64,000 bases of DNA from positions 62,746,001-62,810,000 of the forward strand of contig OZ076409.1 of assembly GCA_964187785.1 (NCBI GenBank), in the 5' to 3' direction. The stretch comes from Amphiscolops sp. MND2022. Taxonomy: Eukaryota. The notes beneath the pieces were generated by a model. The model had not been told where the DNA came from. It saw only the letters and a list, made by a program, of their open reading frames with translations, and did not search any database. Position 1 is the first letter of the stretch, and each line of letters opens with the position of its first letter. Positions 37,167 to 49,823 of this stretch are shown here, in pieces. Made by a program: the position numbers and the translations under genes.

Positions 37167-38613
37167 TTCTCGGAGAAATATGACAAAACCGTGCGCGACG
37201 GACTTTCCAAAGTGTGTAACGTGAACTTCGACGATATTTCGAGTACTTAGCTGGCTCTGCCTGCTGAGATGGGTGGTCTTCGGGTTTCATCCGCATCATT
37301 ATTAGCACTTCCCGGCTTTCTGGCCTCAGCTTTTAGTGCGAGTAACTTTCTCACGGCGATTTTCTCGGAAACATTCTAAGATGTTTCGTTTACAAAAGCG
37401 CTTGAGAAGTGGTTGAGTTTGACGAATGAACAGGAAAGTCCTTTCGATGGAACTCAGAAAAATTGGACACAACTTGTCTACGTCAAAACTGCCCAAGGTT
37501 TGATTTCTAGAAAGGATGTTAAACGTTCGAAAATTTCTAACGCTCATCATGGCAAATTCGGGTCTCAATGGCTGAACGCCGTTCCTTGCAAGAACCTAGG
37601 CCTGAAATTTGATGATCAGCAGCATCGGTATTCGATTGGTTTACGTCTCGAAGCCAACATCTGTGTTCCGCTTACGTGCCACTGTGGTAAACGAGTTGAA
37701 CGGGACGGTTTACACGGTCTTTCTTGCACCAGGAGTGCTGGTCGCTTCTCACGTCATGCTACTCCCAATTCTCGGGTGGCCGTAAATAGGTCGAATTTTT
37801 CTGGTCGAAAGGACAGAGGTAGAACCTTTTGATCGAATTGCAGGGATCGAATGGAATGCGGTCGAATTTTATCGTGTTTGTTGTATGGCTCGGTCGCTTC
37901 GCTCCCTTCGCCAAGTAGCAACATTGAGGCATGGCCATATGGCACGTCGCTCCGCTTCGCTTCGCTCCTGCATTCAAGGCACTAGGGGTATGTGAACATA
38001 TCTGTCTACGTTATAAATATTTCGATCCGAGTTGTTTCGATCCCATTCAAAAATTGGGTATGTCGACCTGAGGACTAACTCTGATTTTCGATCCCGTTTC
38101 TTCGACCTACTTCCGCCCACCTCCAATGCTCTCATAAAGCAGACGTTGGGATCTCTCGACTTGCCTTCAATGCTCAAACCGCGTGGATTGTACCGAACTG
38201 ATGGCAAACGCCCAGACGGTGTTACCATGATTCCTTGGGAAATGGTTAAACAGCTCTTGTGGGATGTCACGGTTGTGGATGCTCTTGCACCCAGTCGCCT
38301 GAATCAAGGCTCTTTATGCAACCCGGGAACCACCGCCACCGAGGCTGAAGCGCGTAAAATTGAGAAGTATCGCGAATTAATAGACAATGGATACATTTTT
38401 CAGCCGATGGCCTTGGAAGTACAGGGTTCTTTAGGCGAGAGCAGTGAAATTTTCATCACGATTCTCTGTAAAATGCTCTGTCGTTCGCACGACGATCAAC
38501 GAGCTGACAGCTTTTTGAAGCAACGGATTTCAATGGCTCTTCAGATCGGCAATGCGGCCTGTGTTCTAGGAACTGTGAGCGACAGAGATGCGTTCGAAGA
38601 AATTTATTACATA
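37167..38613 (+). mobile_element. 5'-truncated CRE-like non-LTR element (RLE endonuclease), split by a MITE
   Basis: LALPAEMGGL; WLNAVP..LGL; CHCG..DGLHGLSC..RH zinc finger; RPDG..PW..WDVTV; KIEKY..FQPMALEVQG; QRISMALQIGNA. Confidence 0.9.
37774..38122. mobile_element. 349-bp MITE, copy 2
   Basis: TSD CCAATTCTC / CCAATGCTC (8/9). Removing it restores the CRE frame RHATPNSLIKQTL. Confidence 0.9.
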
Positions 38614-38644
38614 GCCTAATTGTTGTGATAAACTCATTAAATAG
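38614..38644 (+). other. Spliced-leader-like sequence at the LINE-B 5' end
   Basis: GCCTAATTGTTGTGATAAACTCATTAAATAG, ending 11 nt before ATG 38656. Confidence 0.75.
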
Positions 38645-38655
38645 TTTCCGGTGAT

Positions 38656-39429
38656 ATGACTACTGACGTAGACCCTGAACAACGATCAAGACTGGGTTCC
38701 TGTGACACCAACTACTATCCCACAATCTCTGAGTTGCTGGAAAGCAGCGATCAAGATGTACAGAAGTTTCTAGCCAAAACCAAAAAAGACACTCTAGTGT
38801 GCATTCTACGAGAAGCAATCGCTCAACTCAGGAACAAATCACTATGTCTGATAGCAAATGACATTGCTGAGATCAAAGTTACCCTAGAAAAAGCTGTATC
38901 TGAACAAACACTGTCGTCCCCACAGCCCATGACAGATCTGGACAACGAATCTTCAATTGCCCCAACAGTTAAGATTAGTACAAATTCTCTGAAATCTTCT
39001 GATATTCCTTATAGAAACAAAATTCGTGTCTCTTGTGTACCAGAGCAGAACAGTGACCTTAAAAAATTTGAAAGATCAATGGCGGATAAAGTTAAAGTTG
39101 AACAAATTCTTGAGAACCTGGGCGAGCCCGTTGAAATACGGGACGTTTACCGGAAAGGTGCTTTCAGAACAGATCGCAAAAGAACAATAATTGTTGAACT
39201 TAGTAACCCTTGGGATGTCCGAAAAGTAGTTGGGGCTGCCACCAAAAATAAATTTTTCAAGCAGAGTGGTTTTCTAGTTACATATGATCTCTCTCCCAAA
39301 GATCAAGAAATTGAGCAGAAATTGCTCGCCAAACGTTTTGAATTTTTGAAATCTGGAACAGACAAGAAACGACTCAAAATCCGAGGATTGAAACTCTATA
39401 AAGACGATGTTGAAGTCAAACTGGAGTGA
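38656..39429 (+). CDS. LINE-B ORF1 (257 aa)
   Basis: IRVSCVPE..DVYRKG..RTIIVEL..VTYDLS, typical ORF1 RRM-like layout. Confidence 0.85.
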   Translation: MTTDVDPEQRSRLGSCDTNYYPTISELLESSDQDVQKFLAKTKKDTLVCILREAIAQLRNKSLCLIANDIAEIKVTLEKAVSEQTLSSPQPMTDLDNESSIAPTVKISTNSLKSSDIPYRNKIRVSCVPEQNSDLKKFERSMADKVKVEQILENLGEPVEIRDVYRKGAFRTDRKRTIIVELSNPWDVRKVVGAATKNKFFKQSGFLVTYDLSPKDQEIEQKLLAKRFEFLKSGTDKKRLKIRGLKLYKDDVEVKLE

Positions 39430-42242
39430 CAATCAATTGAACTTTCTATTCTATACGGCAACATGCGGAGTCTCCTATCAGTTCAAAGGCGTCTTCTCTT
39501 TTTAAACCTTGCATTCTTTTACAACGCTGATATCATCTGTGCATCTGAAACTTGGTTTGACTGTAACGTTAAAAATCCATTTCTCGATACCAATTACGTT
39601 GTGGTTGCAAGAGCCGACCGCCAATATGGTTCCCATGGAGGTGTTCTTATTTTGGCCAAAAACTACCTTATGTGCAAAGAAATAAACCTCAATGTGATTT
39701 CGCTACTGCTTGTAGAGTTTGCACCATATCCTCCTCCATACTAATAGCTGTATTCTACAACCCACCTGAGAAAAGCCCATACAGGCTAACAGAAGCATGT
39801 ATTCTGAAAGTTTTTGATGTGTTGAGATGCCATGCAAAAACCCTTGATCAAATGATAATTTTTGGAGATTTCAATTACCCGAATATAGATTGGGAAAGTC
39901 TCACCGCTCCCGAATATGACGGTTCCGATTTTTGCTCTTATCTCTTCAAACATTCATTACTGCAGCTTGTTAGTGAACCCACACATAAATCAGGATCCCT
40001 CTTGGACTTAGTGATTACAAACACAAATAAAAGCCAGATCCGTGAAGTGAACAACAATTATTTCTCTGATCATCGTTGTATCTGTGTGACAACCAATGCC
40101 TCCTTGCTAAAATCTATCTCACCTATCACTGGTAAAGTCCAACAATACAGTTTCGCTCAGGCAATTGTTGAATCTCTTCGTCTATCCTTCGCACAAAACT
40201 TCTTCTCTTACGTTCTTCCACAGAATGAAACTTTTATTCGAAACTGGCTTTTTAATTTCTTCTCTATTCTTAATCAATTCATTCCTAAAAAACGTTCCCG
40301 CAGGCAACAATACCCCCCTTACTATTCCTCCCACAGCATTCACCTATTGAACCAGCTTCGAACTCTACAAAAGAGAAAGGACATGAATCGAGTAGAATCC
40401 AGTCTTCGAGAAAAACTATCAATCTCACTTGAATTAGATACAGTCGTCTTCTTAGAGGCATTCACATCTCACAACAAAACTGGTCTCAACATGTGCTACA
40501 AGCTAATAAAAAGCCTTTCAAATTGTACTGCCATTCCCCTGGAGGTGACATGGGACGAGGCCACAGCCAGTGGATACGATCAAGTTGCAAATTTGTTCAA
40601 TCTGTATTTTGTTTCAGTTTATAACAAATCCAGCAAACAGAAAGTATTCGAGCAACCTGTTGAAAACGGCCTTGATTCTTTGGAATTCACCCAGGAAGAA
40701 GTCTCCTCTGCATTGAAAAATGCAAGTAGTGGGAACGGTCCAGACAATATTCCCGGTAAACTCCTCCAATGCCTGGCAAATGAGCTTTCGCCTCATGTGA
40801 CCGTTTTATTCAACCACATTTTAAAAACTGGCATTTTTCCTAAACAATGGAAACAATCGTATGTTACCCCGCTCTATAAAAAAGGAAATCGAAATTGTGT
40901 TTCCTCCTATCGTCCAATCAGTAATCTCAGCAAGCTTTCTCTAGTCCTGGAGCGCTTAGTGTTCGATAAATTATATCAATTTGTTAAAAAAGCAATATCT
41001 TCTCAACAGTATGGCTTCATGAAACGCAAATCAACTACTTTACAACTTCTCGACTTTGTGATGGATGCATACCGCTGTAATGATATTAAAGAAATCAAGT
41101 ACACACTATACGTGGATTTTGCAAAGGCATTTGACAAAGTCTCCCATCCTATCCTGCTTGAAAAACTCCATCGCTTCGGAGTCTGTGGACATTTGTTACA
41201 ATTCTTCAGGTCTTACTTATCCGAAAGATACCAATGTGTGAAAATACACGGTCTGTTATCCTCAGCTCTGCCAATAACAAGTGGTGTACCCCAGGGCTCC
41301 ATTTTGGGCCCGCTACTGTTTATCATTTTTATAAATGACCTTCCTGATTCAATTCAATCGAGTTATCTTAGAATGTTTGCTGACGATACTAAAATATCAA
41401 ACACCAACATTTTAGCTCTAGAACAAGACGGAAAAAATCTTGTACACTGGGCCTCAAAGAACGAAATGATGTTCAATACTGACAAAACAGTCATTTTCTC
41501 AGTTCCCTACTGCGAAGCGGAAACATCGTTCAATGATTTCAGGCTATCAACATCTAAAGTCTGTAAAGTTCTTGGTCTCTATCTCACACCAGAACTATCT
41601 TGGGATGAACATTTAAAAAGAAAACTGGGCCATCTGAACAGCCTGTTGATTCGGCTCAAACGTGAATTACCAGTCTCGGTTGGATCCCAAGTTAAAATGG
41701 TTCTTTTTAAATCTTATTTTCTGTCTAGTTTACTCTATAATTCACAGATATGGTATCCCAGTCAAAAAATGCTTGACAAATTAGAATTGTTTCAGAAACG
41801 AGCAACTCAATGGATACTTGATATCAAAGACTATCACCAACGCCTTAGAGCTTTGAAGCTGTTTCCCATCTCGTATCAACTTCAGGTGGCTGACCTCACG
41901 TTCCTCAACAAGCTTCTCAACGAGCGCTATGAAGTCGATGTCTCAACTATTATTAATACCAAACGGCCCTCAGCCTATGACTTACGAATAAACAATCTGA
42001 GTCTCTTTGAAAAACCTGAAACCCGGTTAAATAAAACTGATGAGCAATTCCGAATACGTGCCTGTATCATGGCTAATCGCTTAGAAAAGGTACATGGAAT
42101 ATCAGTCTTCGAACCAACATCGACATTCAAATTGAAACTTGACGTTTTAGTCTCTAATCTGCTTTCGTGCTATAATACATTATCAAAATGTAACCAATTT
42201 TTAATATGCACATGTAAAAATTGTTGCCTGCTGAATCTTTAA
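39430..42242 (+). pseudogene. LINE-B ORF2 (APE + RT) with a single frameshift near 39690
   Basis: YGNMRS, CASETW, HGGV, GDFNYP, LLDLV, SDH; SYRPIS, DFAKAFD, PQGSILGP, FADD; Cys-rich end. Confidence 0.92.
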
Positions 42243-43524
42243 TTCGTCTTACCACTGTATATCGTATGGTAATTAAAGTCTTTTAGTAGTAGTAGTAGTA
42301 GTAGTAATTTTTTTGACCTTCATATCATAGCAGCTTTAAAAAAATTCTACCGGTCGACTGCATAGTGGCTAGTTTGAGTAGTTTGTTGGTTGCATTGCAC
42401 TTGATTGATGACGAAGATCCATGATATCTGATAGATGAGAAAAAAATTGAAATGAACATTGAGTACCATCTGTAGTGTTTGATGTGATTCCGAGTCAATT
42501 CTGAATATGGCATAGGTTTTTCAGGTAGGGAATGAAATTTCCCACGACAGATATCCAATCTATCTTGGAGCCTGTGTCTCTTCAGGTAAGTTAAAAAAAA
42601 TTGGGGACGGTAAGTAACGTTCAAAGGAAGCAATCGCGATGTGTCACGATTACATGTCTCCAGTGCCCCGAATTCAGGAGCGAAGCAGCGTCACGTGTCA
42701 TTACCAATCTAGCGACTTTTTTGGAAGGACGCGAATTTTCCCGGAACGTCGAGTCATACAACAATTATTCAGCAGTTTTTTCTAGATTAATTCGGATTTT
42801 ACTTTCAATGAACAGTATTGGTCGCTTTTTCCAACTTGCTTTGGACGTTATTTCCTCCAACTGAAAATTTAGTCAAGATTGTGACTTATGAAAACTCGTC
42901 CAACGCCTGTTTCAGGTTCAAACGTTCGTCGAATTGCATTCATTTGGTGAAAAAGGACATTCCATTCCAGATATAACGGAGCCCTGTGATGATGTCAGGC
43001 GACATATTGGCAAGTTGATTGAAGTTAGTGACTTATGAATGAATTTATTGTGGAATTTGACGCGCGACTTTGGATGAACTCTCGACTTTAAGAACTCTCG
43101 ACTCGCAAAAAGGGATTTAAAATATCAAATTTTGCTTTTGTTTTTACAATTATCATCCAGGAGATTCGGAAAGTTTGACCACGTATTTTGAAAACTGACC
43201 ATAATGTAAATATCATTAAAAGCGTGATTTCTGAAATCACTGTTGGTTTTGACACCCTTGCATTCATTTGCCTCGCAATCTGTTTTGGAAAATTTTCAAT
43301 AGCAGTAAAAGTTAAGTACACTTGCTCCTGCCTTCGTTTTTAGTATAGTGCCTTCGTATAGTGCCTTCGTTTTTATTAGCAGTTTCCACACCAACAGAAA
43401 ATTATCTACGTATACAAGTTTTCGGAGTAGTTTTTCAAGAAATAACCCCAGTAGATGTTGAGACCAAGCTTTCTTCGATTACAGTGAAGTCAGAGTCAAA
43501 ATTCACATGTTGGTTGAAGTAGTT

Positions 43525-43670
43525 TTTAGCCGGCGCTCAGTCGGTCCATTTTTTGGGTTTTTCAGGTACTGTAGTCTCCTGTTTTCAGGAGAATACTTGG
43601 ACACTTTGAAGTCCTTTTGCTAGTTTTGAGCCTTAGATATGGCGCCGACTTGGGCCGGCTGCGGCTTGTT
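43525..43670 (+). mobile_element. Short Helentron-type element (3' end clear, 5' limit uncertain)
   Basis: AGCCGGCGC...GAGCCTTAGATATGGCGCCGACT, hairpin and TTGTT, as in the other copies. Confidence 0.6.
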
Positions 43671-45061
43671 CTTACATCATTTTTCGATACTTCAAATTCA
43701 GTTTTGAAGTTGGGGCTCCTCAGTTGGTGAAATCTCCGTCATCATAACAGCCAAAGCATTCAGAAAATTGAATGATCTGTTGTGATGAAAAGTTACCAAT
43801 TTTGATCCTTGTGGTGCACCACTTGCGACTGCTTTTAATAATGAGCATTGCATTCGAGGCGCACTCACCAGCCTTGTGGCATCCGAAAGCATTGAAGGTC
43901 ACACATCGGGAAGGAACTCATTAGTTACCTGAAGCCACGATAGACTGGTCGTTGCAGAGCACACTGAATTCCGTCTGATATCACAATTGGGTGGCAAGAA
44001 GGGACTGATAACTTAGTTAGGCTTCAGGAAGTTGCGAGATTTTGCAAATATTGTTGCGCTCCGTGCTTCTCCAGATCCGGAAACAGATTATCAGACTGCA
44101 TTTCATCGCTGGACTGCTTCAGCCTTTTCAATTTCAAACGCATAGAAATAATTCATTCACTCAGTCAGTCCGCCTAGAGTGTAGGTGTTACGTGCATAAC
44201 CGTGGTTTCAACTAACAAACAAGTGTGACCGGCAGGTGCCAGAGGAGTTCTCACGAAAACCATTCTGCTCACCCAATACCAGACGTGTCACAATTGTTCG
44301 GAGCAAGGACCCAACTCCAGGACGTGCATAGTCAAAAAGCTTCGCGAATCGAAGGAAAAACCCATCGAGAGCGCAACGCATCAGTCTACCATGCTTGTGA
44401 GGAACAGGAATCCGGAGACTTCTACGTTAACATGCAAAATCACACCGGTTCTTCAATGACGATTACTCAACTAAGATCTGGCAGCAAATCTCCAGCATTG
44501 AGCACGGTTCCCCGATTAGAGCTATGACTGTGGATACATTTTTCAGTATGTAAAATTATAATCCAAGCAAATGACATCTTTACTCATGGGACATCGTAAC
44601 AGCGCATATTGTCATATTGTACAGGATATTTTTCCAGGAGTACATAAATTGAATTAGATTCTGCTGCTACGATAAACTGTTCACTCTTGAAATTCTCCCA
44701 AAAATAGTAATGATTTTCCAATCAATGTTCTACTTTTATACGGATTTCAGAAGAATGCCCTGCCTGTCGAATCTACCCTATCGGCAAAGCGGATTGAGTC
44801 GATAATTTCCTTCAAACTTCAGATAAAATAAAAGACCCTTTACAGTATCTTTTCCAGTTTAGTCTCACGTTTCTCAACATTTCTGCAATTTTCTGAACCA
44901 ATGATCATCGTACTCATTGTCAATGTAATCGCAGTACATTTCATCACAAGAGCTACACCATAGGATACCTTCTTTGTTCATATGCAAGTAGTTTGATTGC
45001 ATACGGGTACATTCTACGCATGGGGGGTTTGATTCAAATAAAATTTTAGTTATACAAAAGA

Positions 45062-45124
45062 CAGTCCTCGAACCTCGTCACTTGAAATGATGGCCGAGTG
45101 ACCTAACCATTGTGCCATGAGACC
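45062..45124 (-). other. tRNA-derived Pol III head (SINE-like or pseudo-tRNA)
   Basis: Minus strand GGTCTCA-TGGCACAATGG (A box)...GGTTCGAG (B-box-like); no complete cloverleaf. Confidence 0.5.
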
Positions 45125-45212
45125 GTATCAGCCAATACATACATGTTTTTTTAAATAACGATCATTTATTCATCTCGTAAATGTTGTCTGTGACGGTTCA
45201 CCCTGTAGGAAC

Positions 45213-45471
45213 ATGAACGGGACGCAGTTGATTTGTGTAGTGCTTTTGACCTTCACGTTTATTGTCTCCATTCTCAACTCCAATAATAACTTCTAATTCT
45301 CAAAACGACACAACCATTACCAGTGGGAACACTACAAAATGTCCAGAAGAATTTGCAGGTTTTTGCATCGATGGTGGTTACTGCTTGTACCTAGAAGCGC
45401 AACAAACAGTCGCGTGTAAATGTACGGCACTTTACGGAGAAAGGTGTGCCAAATTTCTTTGGTTTACCTGA
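45213..45471 (+). pseudogene. Small secreted EGF-like protein (frameshift after the signal peptide)
   Basis: MNGTQLICVVLLTFTFIVS, then in the +1 frame CPEEFAGFCIDGGYCLYLEAQQTVACKCTALYGERC (six EGF cysteines). Confidence 0.75.
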
Positions 45472-46184
45472 AATGCAAATGGAAAATGTTTACATCAAAT
45501 GTAACAATTGAAAACTTGCAAAGACTCGAAGAAGGGCGTTCACTTTCAGCGAAAATTTTTAAAAGTGATGCCCGATTGATTTTTCGGAACTACGTTTACG
45601 TTTCGGCACCAAATGGCACCTTCAGGCAAGATTAACCAGCTCCAACCGAGAATTACTGTACCACAGATCAATTAAGTCTACAAAAAGTCAAGTATTTAGG
45701 CTAGCTATGATTATCCACGAATCGACTCGATTTATACCGACAATTACGAACGAGACTGTACAGGTCGCGCAGCTGAAGATTGTCCTCACAGTTATCATCA
45801 TCAAAAAATCCAATGCTTCCTTTTGACTTTGAATTGTAAACAATCATTTGCTGATGAATTCAGTTACTTCAGATGTTAACTTCATTTCGCATTGACTGTT
45901 TCGGAAAAAGAGTTGACAATGACACTTCTCACCGTGGACCTTTTCTGGAGATCTTCAAACATCGAAACTACTCTAGTCAAATTACATCTAGCTTCGAACA
46001 CAGAAGCAAGAATCTTTTTGCCTTTCTTTTGGTCCAATTGCTGTTGGTCTTGACTATCCTCAAATTTCTTTTCAGCACTCTTGCCAATGCGACAGTATCA
46101 ATTCTTATTTATTACCGTCAAATAGTGTCTGACCATTGAAGAATCACATTCTGGCGAAAAATTTCTCACTGATCACTCGCTCAA

Positions 46185-46385
46185 GTGATAAACTCTGAGT
46201 TCTTGGTTGCAGACTTTGAAAGTTTCCGTCACAAATCTCAACATTTTATACCCAGAGAGATTTGTCAGAGGAGCCAAATATCAGGACACTTTTCTTTTGC
46301 AACCGTCGGTGAAATTTTTTCTATTTGCAGAAGAAAGTTCAGACTCTTACCCCTAGTTAACAGGCAACCTTTAAAAAGAATATAG
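46185..46385 (+). pseudogene. Possible DEDD-exonuclease-like ORF fragment (Polinton/virus-like)
   Basis: FLVADFESFRHKSQHFIPREIC resembles ExoI hhhDhEgF....Fh.kEh motifs. Confidence 0.35.
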
Positions 46386-47159
46386 CATGCCTCGTTTGCC
46401 AAATAGTTGCAGAAAATGTCAACATGAATTAAACTGAGAGAAAAACAACAATGAATCATAACCCAAAAATTAATCCCGCAAGTAATTTTATAACGCATTA
46501 AAATTCATGAACAATTCATGACTCAAGATTTCGAGGTAGCAAAGATGATATTTGCCAAAATAATACTTAATTCGATCCTGTTGCGACGCAACATCCTCCG
46601 GGCCCAAGAAGATGTGAATGCAAAACGTTAGACTTTAATATAATAAATGTTACATAATTTTTTTAGAAAACGGTTTAATTGATTTTTTTTCGGAAAACGG
46701 TTTACATGAGTTTTTTTTTCAGAAAACGGTTTACATGAATTTTTGATATACATGTTACATTGTGCTTAATGTTAGGTACGCTTACAAGAGCAAACAAAAC
46801 TAAGGAAGATAATGGATTAAGTAAAATTGGGATAATCATCGGGCGGGACAACAGGTGCGAGTTTTGCAACCGGACGCACGAGAGCTCCAGTTGCTGTTTT
46901 CAATTCAGCCGAGCGGGCAACAGAGTCTTTACCGTAATTCAACCTAACCACACGAGCAAGTGGGTAATGTTCGCGTGGACTCGAAGGTTCGACAATCCAG
47001 ACGAGATCTCCGGTCTTGAGTTCTCGTTCTGATTGGTTCGACCACTTGGATCGGCGATCTTTTGATGCTGTAGAAAAATGTTTTCGACGAAATGAGTAGC
47101 AATTACATCGTAAAACACTGAGAACCCGTTACTCGAAAAAACATGTAACATTAAAACAA

Positions 47160-49823
47160 CACTTTAAGATTTTACCATCCAATTATCTTGCAAGCGGAGC
47201 AAAAAATTCTCCTGTGTTGTTCGTATAATTCTCCTTCCTTGAATAAATACAATTCCTTAAACGATATCGATGCAATCCCTAGTTGAACAATCATACCGAA
47301 AAAGCAATAATCCTTGGGAGTATGAATTTTTACCTTCTGAAGAACACGTCATCCAATTTGAAAAATACAAATGTCCTGATGAGCAATGGTTATGTTCAGT
47401 TGGTTAAAAAACCAACTAGAGATATTCAAGGGTTTGCTTCCCTGATCGATCATGTAGTAGAGAAAAACTTTGATTCAACCTTTTTTGAGAGTGAAGTTTT
47501 GAAAACAGGTATCACTGACCATTATGCGACTTTTGCAAAGTTTCCTATCATCGTTCCCAAAGAAAAACCGCTCCTGAGGAGAGATTTTAGTTTCATCAAG
47601 AAAGAAAGTCGTGGAGCTTTATTCCTTTCAGCTTTGGAGAAGAATTTCGAGAATTTCTCATTGACTTCAGATCTAAATGCAGGAATGGAGAACTTCATTT
47701 CAGTCACCATTGAGAGTATGGACTATTCCAGCAAGCTCAGGTGCATAAGTCGAAAACGTTTGAAACCTCCTTGGTATGACAATCATCTGAAAAATCAAAT
47801 ATCTAAACGGAACCTTTTTTAAACCGTTATCTTAGCAATCGTACGTGTGCAAATTTTGATGCCTACAGAAAATTTCGAAAGTCAAATTACTTTTGTCCAA
47901 CAAAAAACAATATTGTAATCAGATATTCTCCAGTTCCCTCTGGGATAAACAGTCTTTTTTCCGTAACTTGAATAACGTATTAGGTAGAAGATATAAGAAG
48001 TCACGGATTTCCTGTCTCGTCATAAAAGGAGAAGAAATAACAAACGACCAGATAGTTGCGAATAGTTTAAATCAACATTTTCTTCGTCGGTTAACAAGCT
48101 CTCACCAACGTCAATTCAGAACCCATTACTATCCTTAACCAGATCGAAGGGACCCCTTCTTATGCTACTTGAATCCAACTAATGTGGTCGAAATCAATAC
48201 AATCCTAAAAAACCTCAGGGATAAATAATCAACTGGCGTAGATGGCATGCCATCTGAAGTCTTGAAAGCCAGTAGCACTGTGATAAGTCCTATTTTAGTA
48301 AAATTGAATAAAATCATACCTTTATTCAAATCAGGGGATCCATGTGACTTGAACAATTTTTGGCCGATTTCAATTCTTAGTTATTTCTAAAGTAATCCAA
48401 CTTGTCTTCCACAATCGAATATACAGGTTCCTAGAAAAATTCGACCTCTGTGAGTCTCAATTCAGATACCGCTGTGAAAGGTCAACAGTTGGTGCAATTG
48501 CAAGCATAACGGAATTGCTTAGAGAGAAAAGTTTCAAATCTGGATCCAAATGTGTATTCCTAGTTTCAACTAAACCTTTTGACACTATTGACCATGGAAT
48601 TCTATTAGCGAAATGTATCGACTGGGAATGCGTCATAACGTTCTGAATTGGTTTAGATCATACCTCTCAGACAGAAAACAGTTCGTTGTAGTCAATGAAG
48701 TAGAATCAGCAATCAAGATTTTGAATGAAGGTGTCCCTCAAGGTTCATTAGTAGGCGCAGTCCTCTTTATCATATACATGAATGATTTAAGTGAGTTTTG
48801 TTTCCAATCAAAGCCGACGTTTTTTGCAGACGATACGACTCTTACTGGTTACTTCACCGAATAAAGATCTGAATAAAATCATGCTAAAGGAATTGAAAGT
48901 AGTGAACGAGTGGTTAGCTACCGATAAGCTATGCCTGAATGTGGGCAAAAAATGCGTATCTTTCAAAATCGAATCTCTCCAGAATCTTGTTCTAGATGAA
49001 ATGGAAATTCAAGAATGTAAAATTTTGAAATATCTAGGCGTTCACATCGATAAAGAACTGAAATTCGTAGATCACATCTATTCTCTCAAGAAGAAACTGT
49101 CTAAAGCTGTGGTCATTGCGTCGCAATTGCGGTGTTTTGTATCTTGTGATGTTTTACTCATATATTACAACTTCTATGTGAAACCAATTTTGCAATACGC
49201 TATCCTTGTTTATGGTTGTACGTACATTACACATCTCAAAAAAATTGCACTGATGCATAGAAAGCTCTTACGAATAATATTCTTCAAGCGAAAAACCATG
49301 AGTATAGAGTCGGAGGTGATAAATGCACATATTCTTAGCGTGCCTCAACTTTACGTTTATGAATTCATCAAATTCGCTTTTAGAAGCGTTAGAAAAGAGG
49401 TATCGAGTGATTATCTGAACAATCTTTACACAAAAGCAAACAGCAATCGTTGTTCTGAAATCTATGGATAAACCTTATTTTCAATTCCCTCATTCATCTA
49501 AGAACTGGGAAAAGCACTCATTACGCTATCGAGGTACAACGGTACTGAATTTTTTGATAGACGAAGGGTTGTTTCCGAACGATTTATTTGAAATGACTGA
49601 TTGGTCTCTTATTGATAAAATTCACTGCTTGAAATATTTCTTATTGCTAATACCTGATGATACATTGTTATTTTCCGACCCCACATTTTACAAATGGGGG
49701 AGGAAAATTATGATCTGTGATGCGTTTTTTTCCAAGTTTTACCAAATCTCCACAATCTCCATCTTTTGATTACTTGACTATTACTTGACTTGATGAAGAT
49801 AATTCAAGTCTTCTCTCTCTCTC
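47160..49823 (+). mobile_element. LINE-C: decayed, 5'-truncated relative of LINE-A
   Basis: YNSPS, SLIDHV, ITDHYAT, PQGSLVG, FADD, YLG, KPILQYAILVYGCT, SLRYRGT; (TC)n tail. Confidence 0.9.

Larger units (their letters stand above)
38614..42304 (+). mobile_element. LINE-B: near-full-length APE-RT non-LTR retrotransposon
   Basis: SL-like leader, ORF1, ORF2 (one frameshift), 3' stem TTACCA...TGGTAA (42249-42272), (TAG)n tail 42284-42304. Confidence 0.95.

Noticed and set aside
42345..43330. Host exons or a transposase in short ORFs
   Set aside because: No consistent frame, splice pattern or domain motif found.
44225..44900. Additional Gypsy gag/protease relic (CHNCSEQGPNSRTC; TGSSMTI)
   Set aside because: Motifs too degenerate and fragmentary to call.
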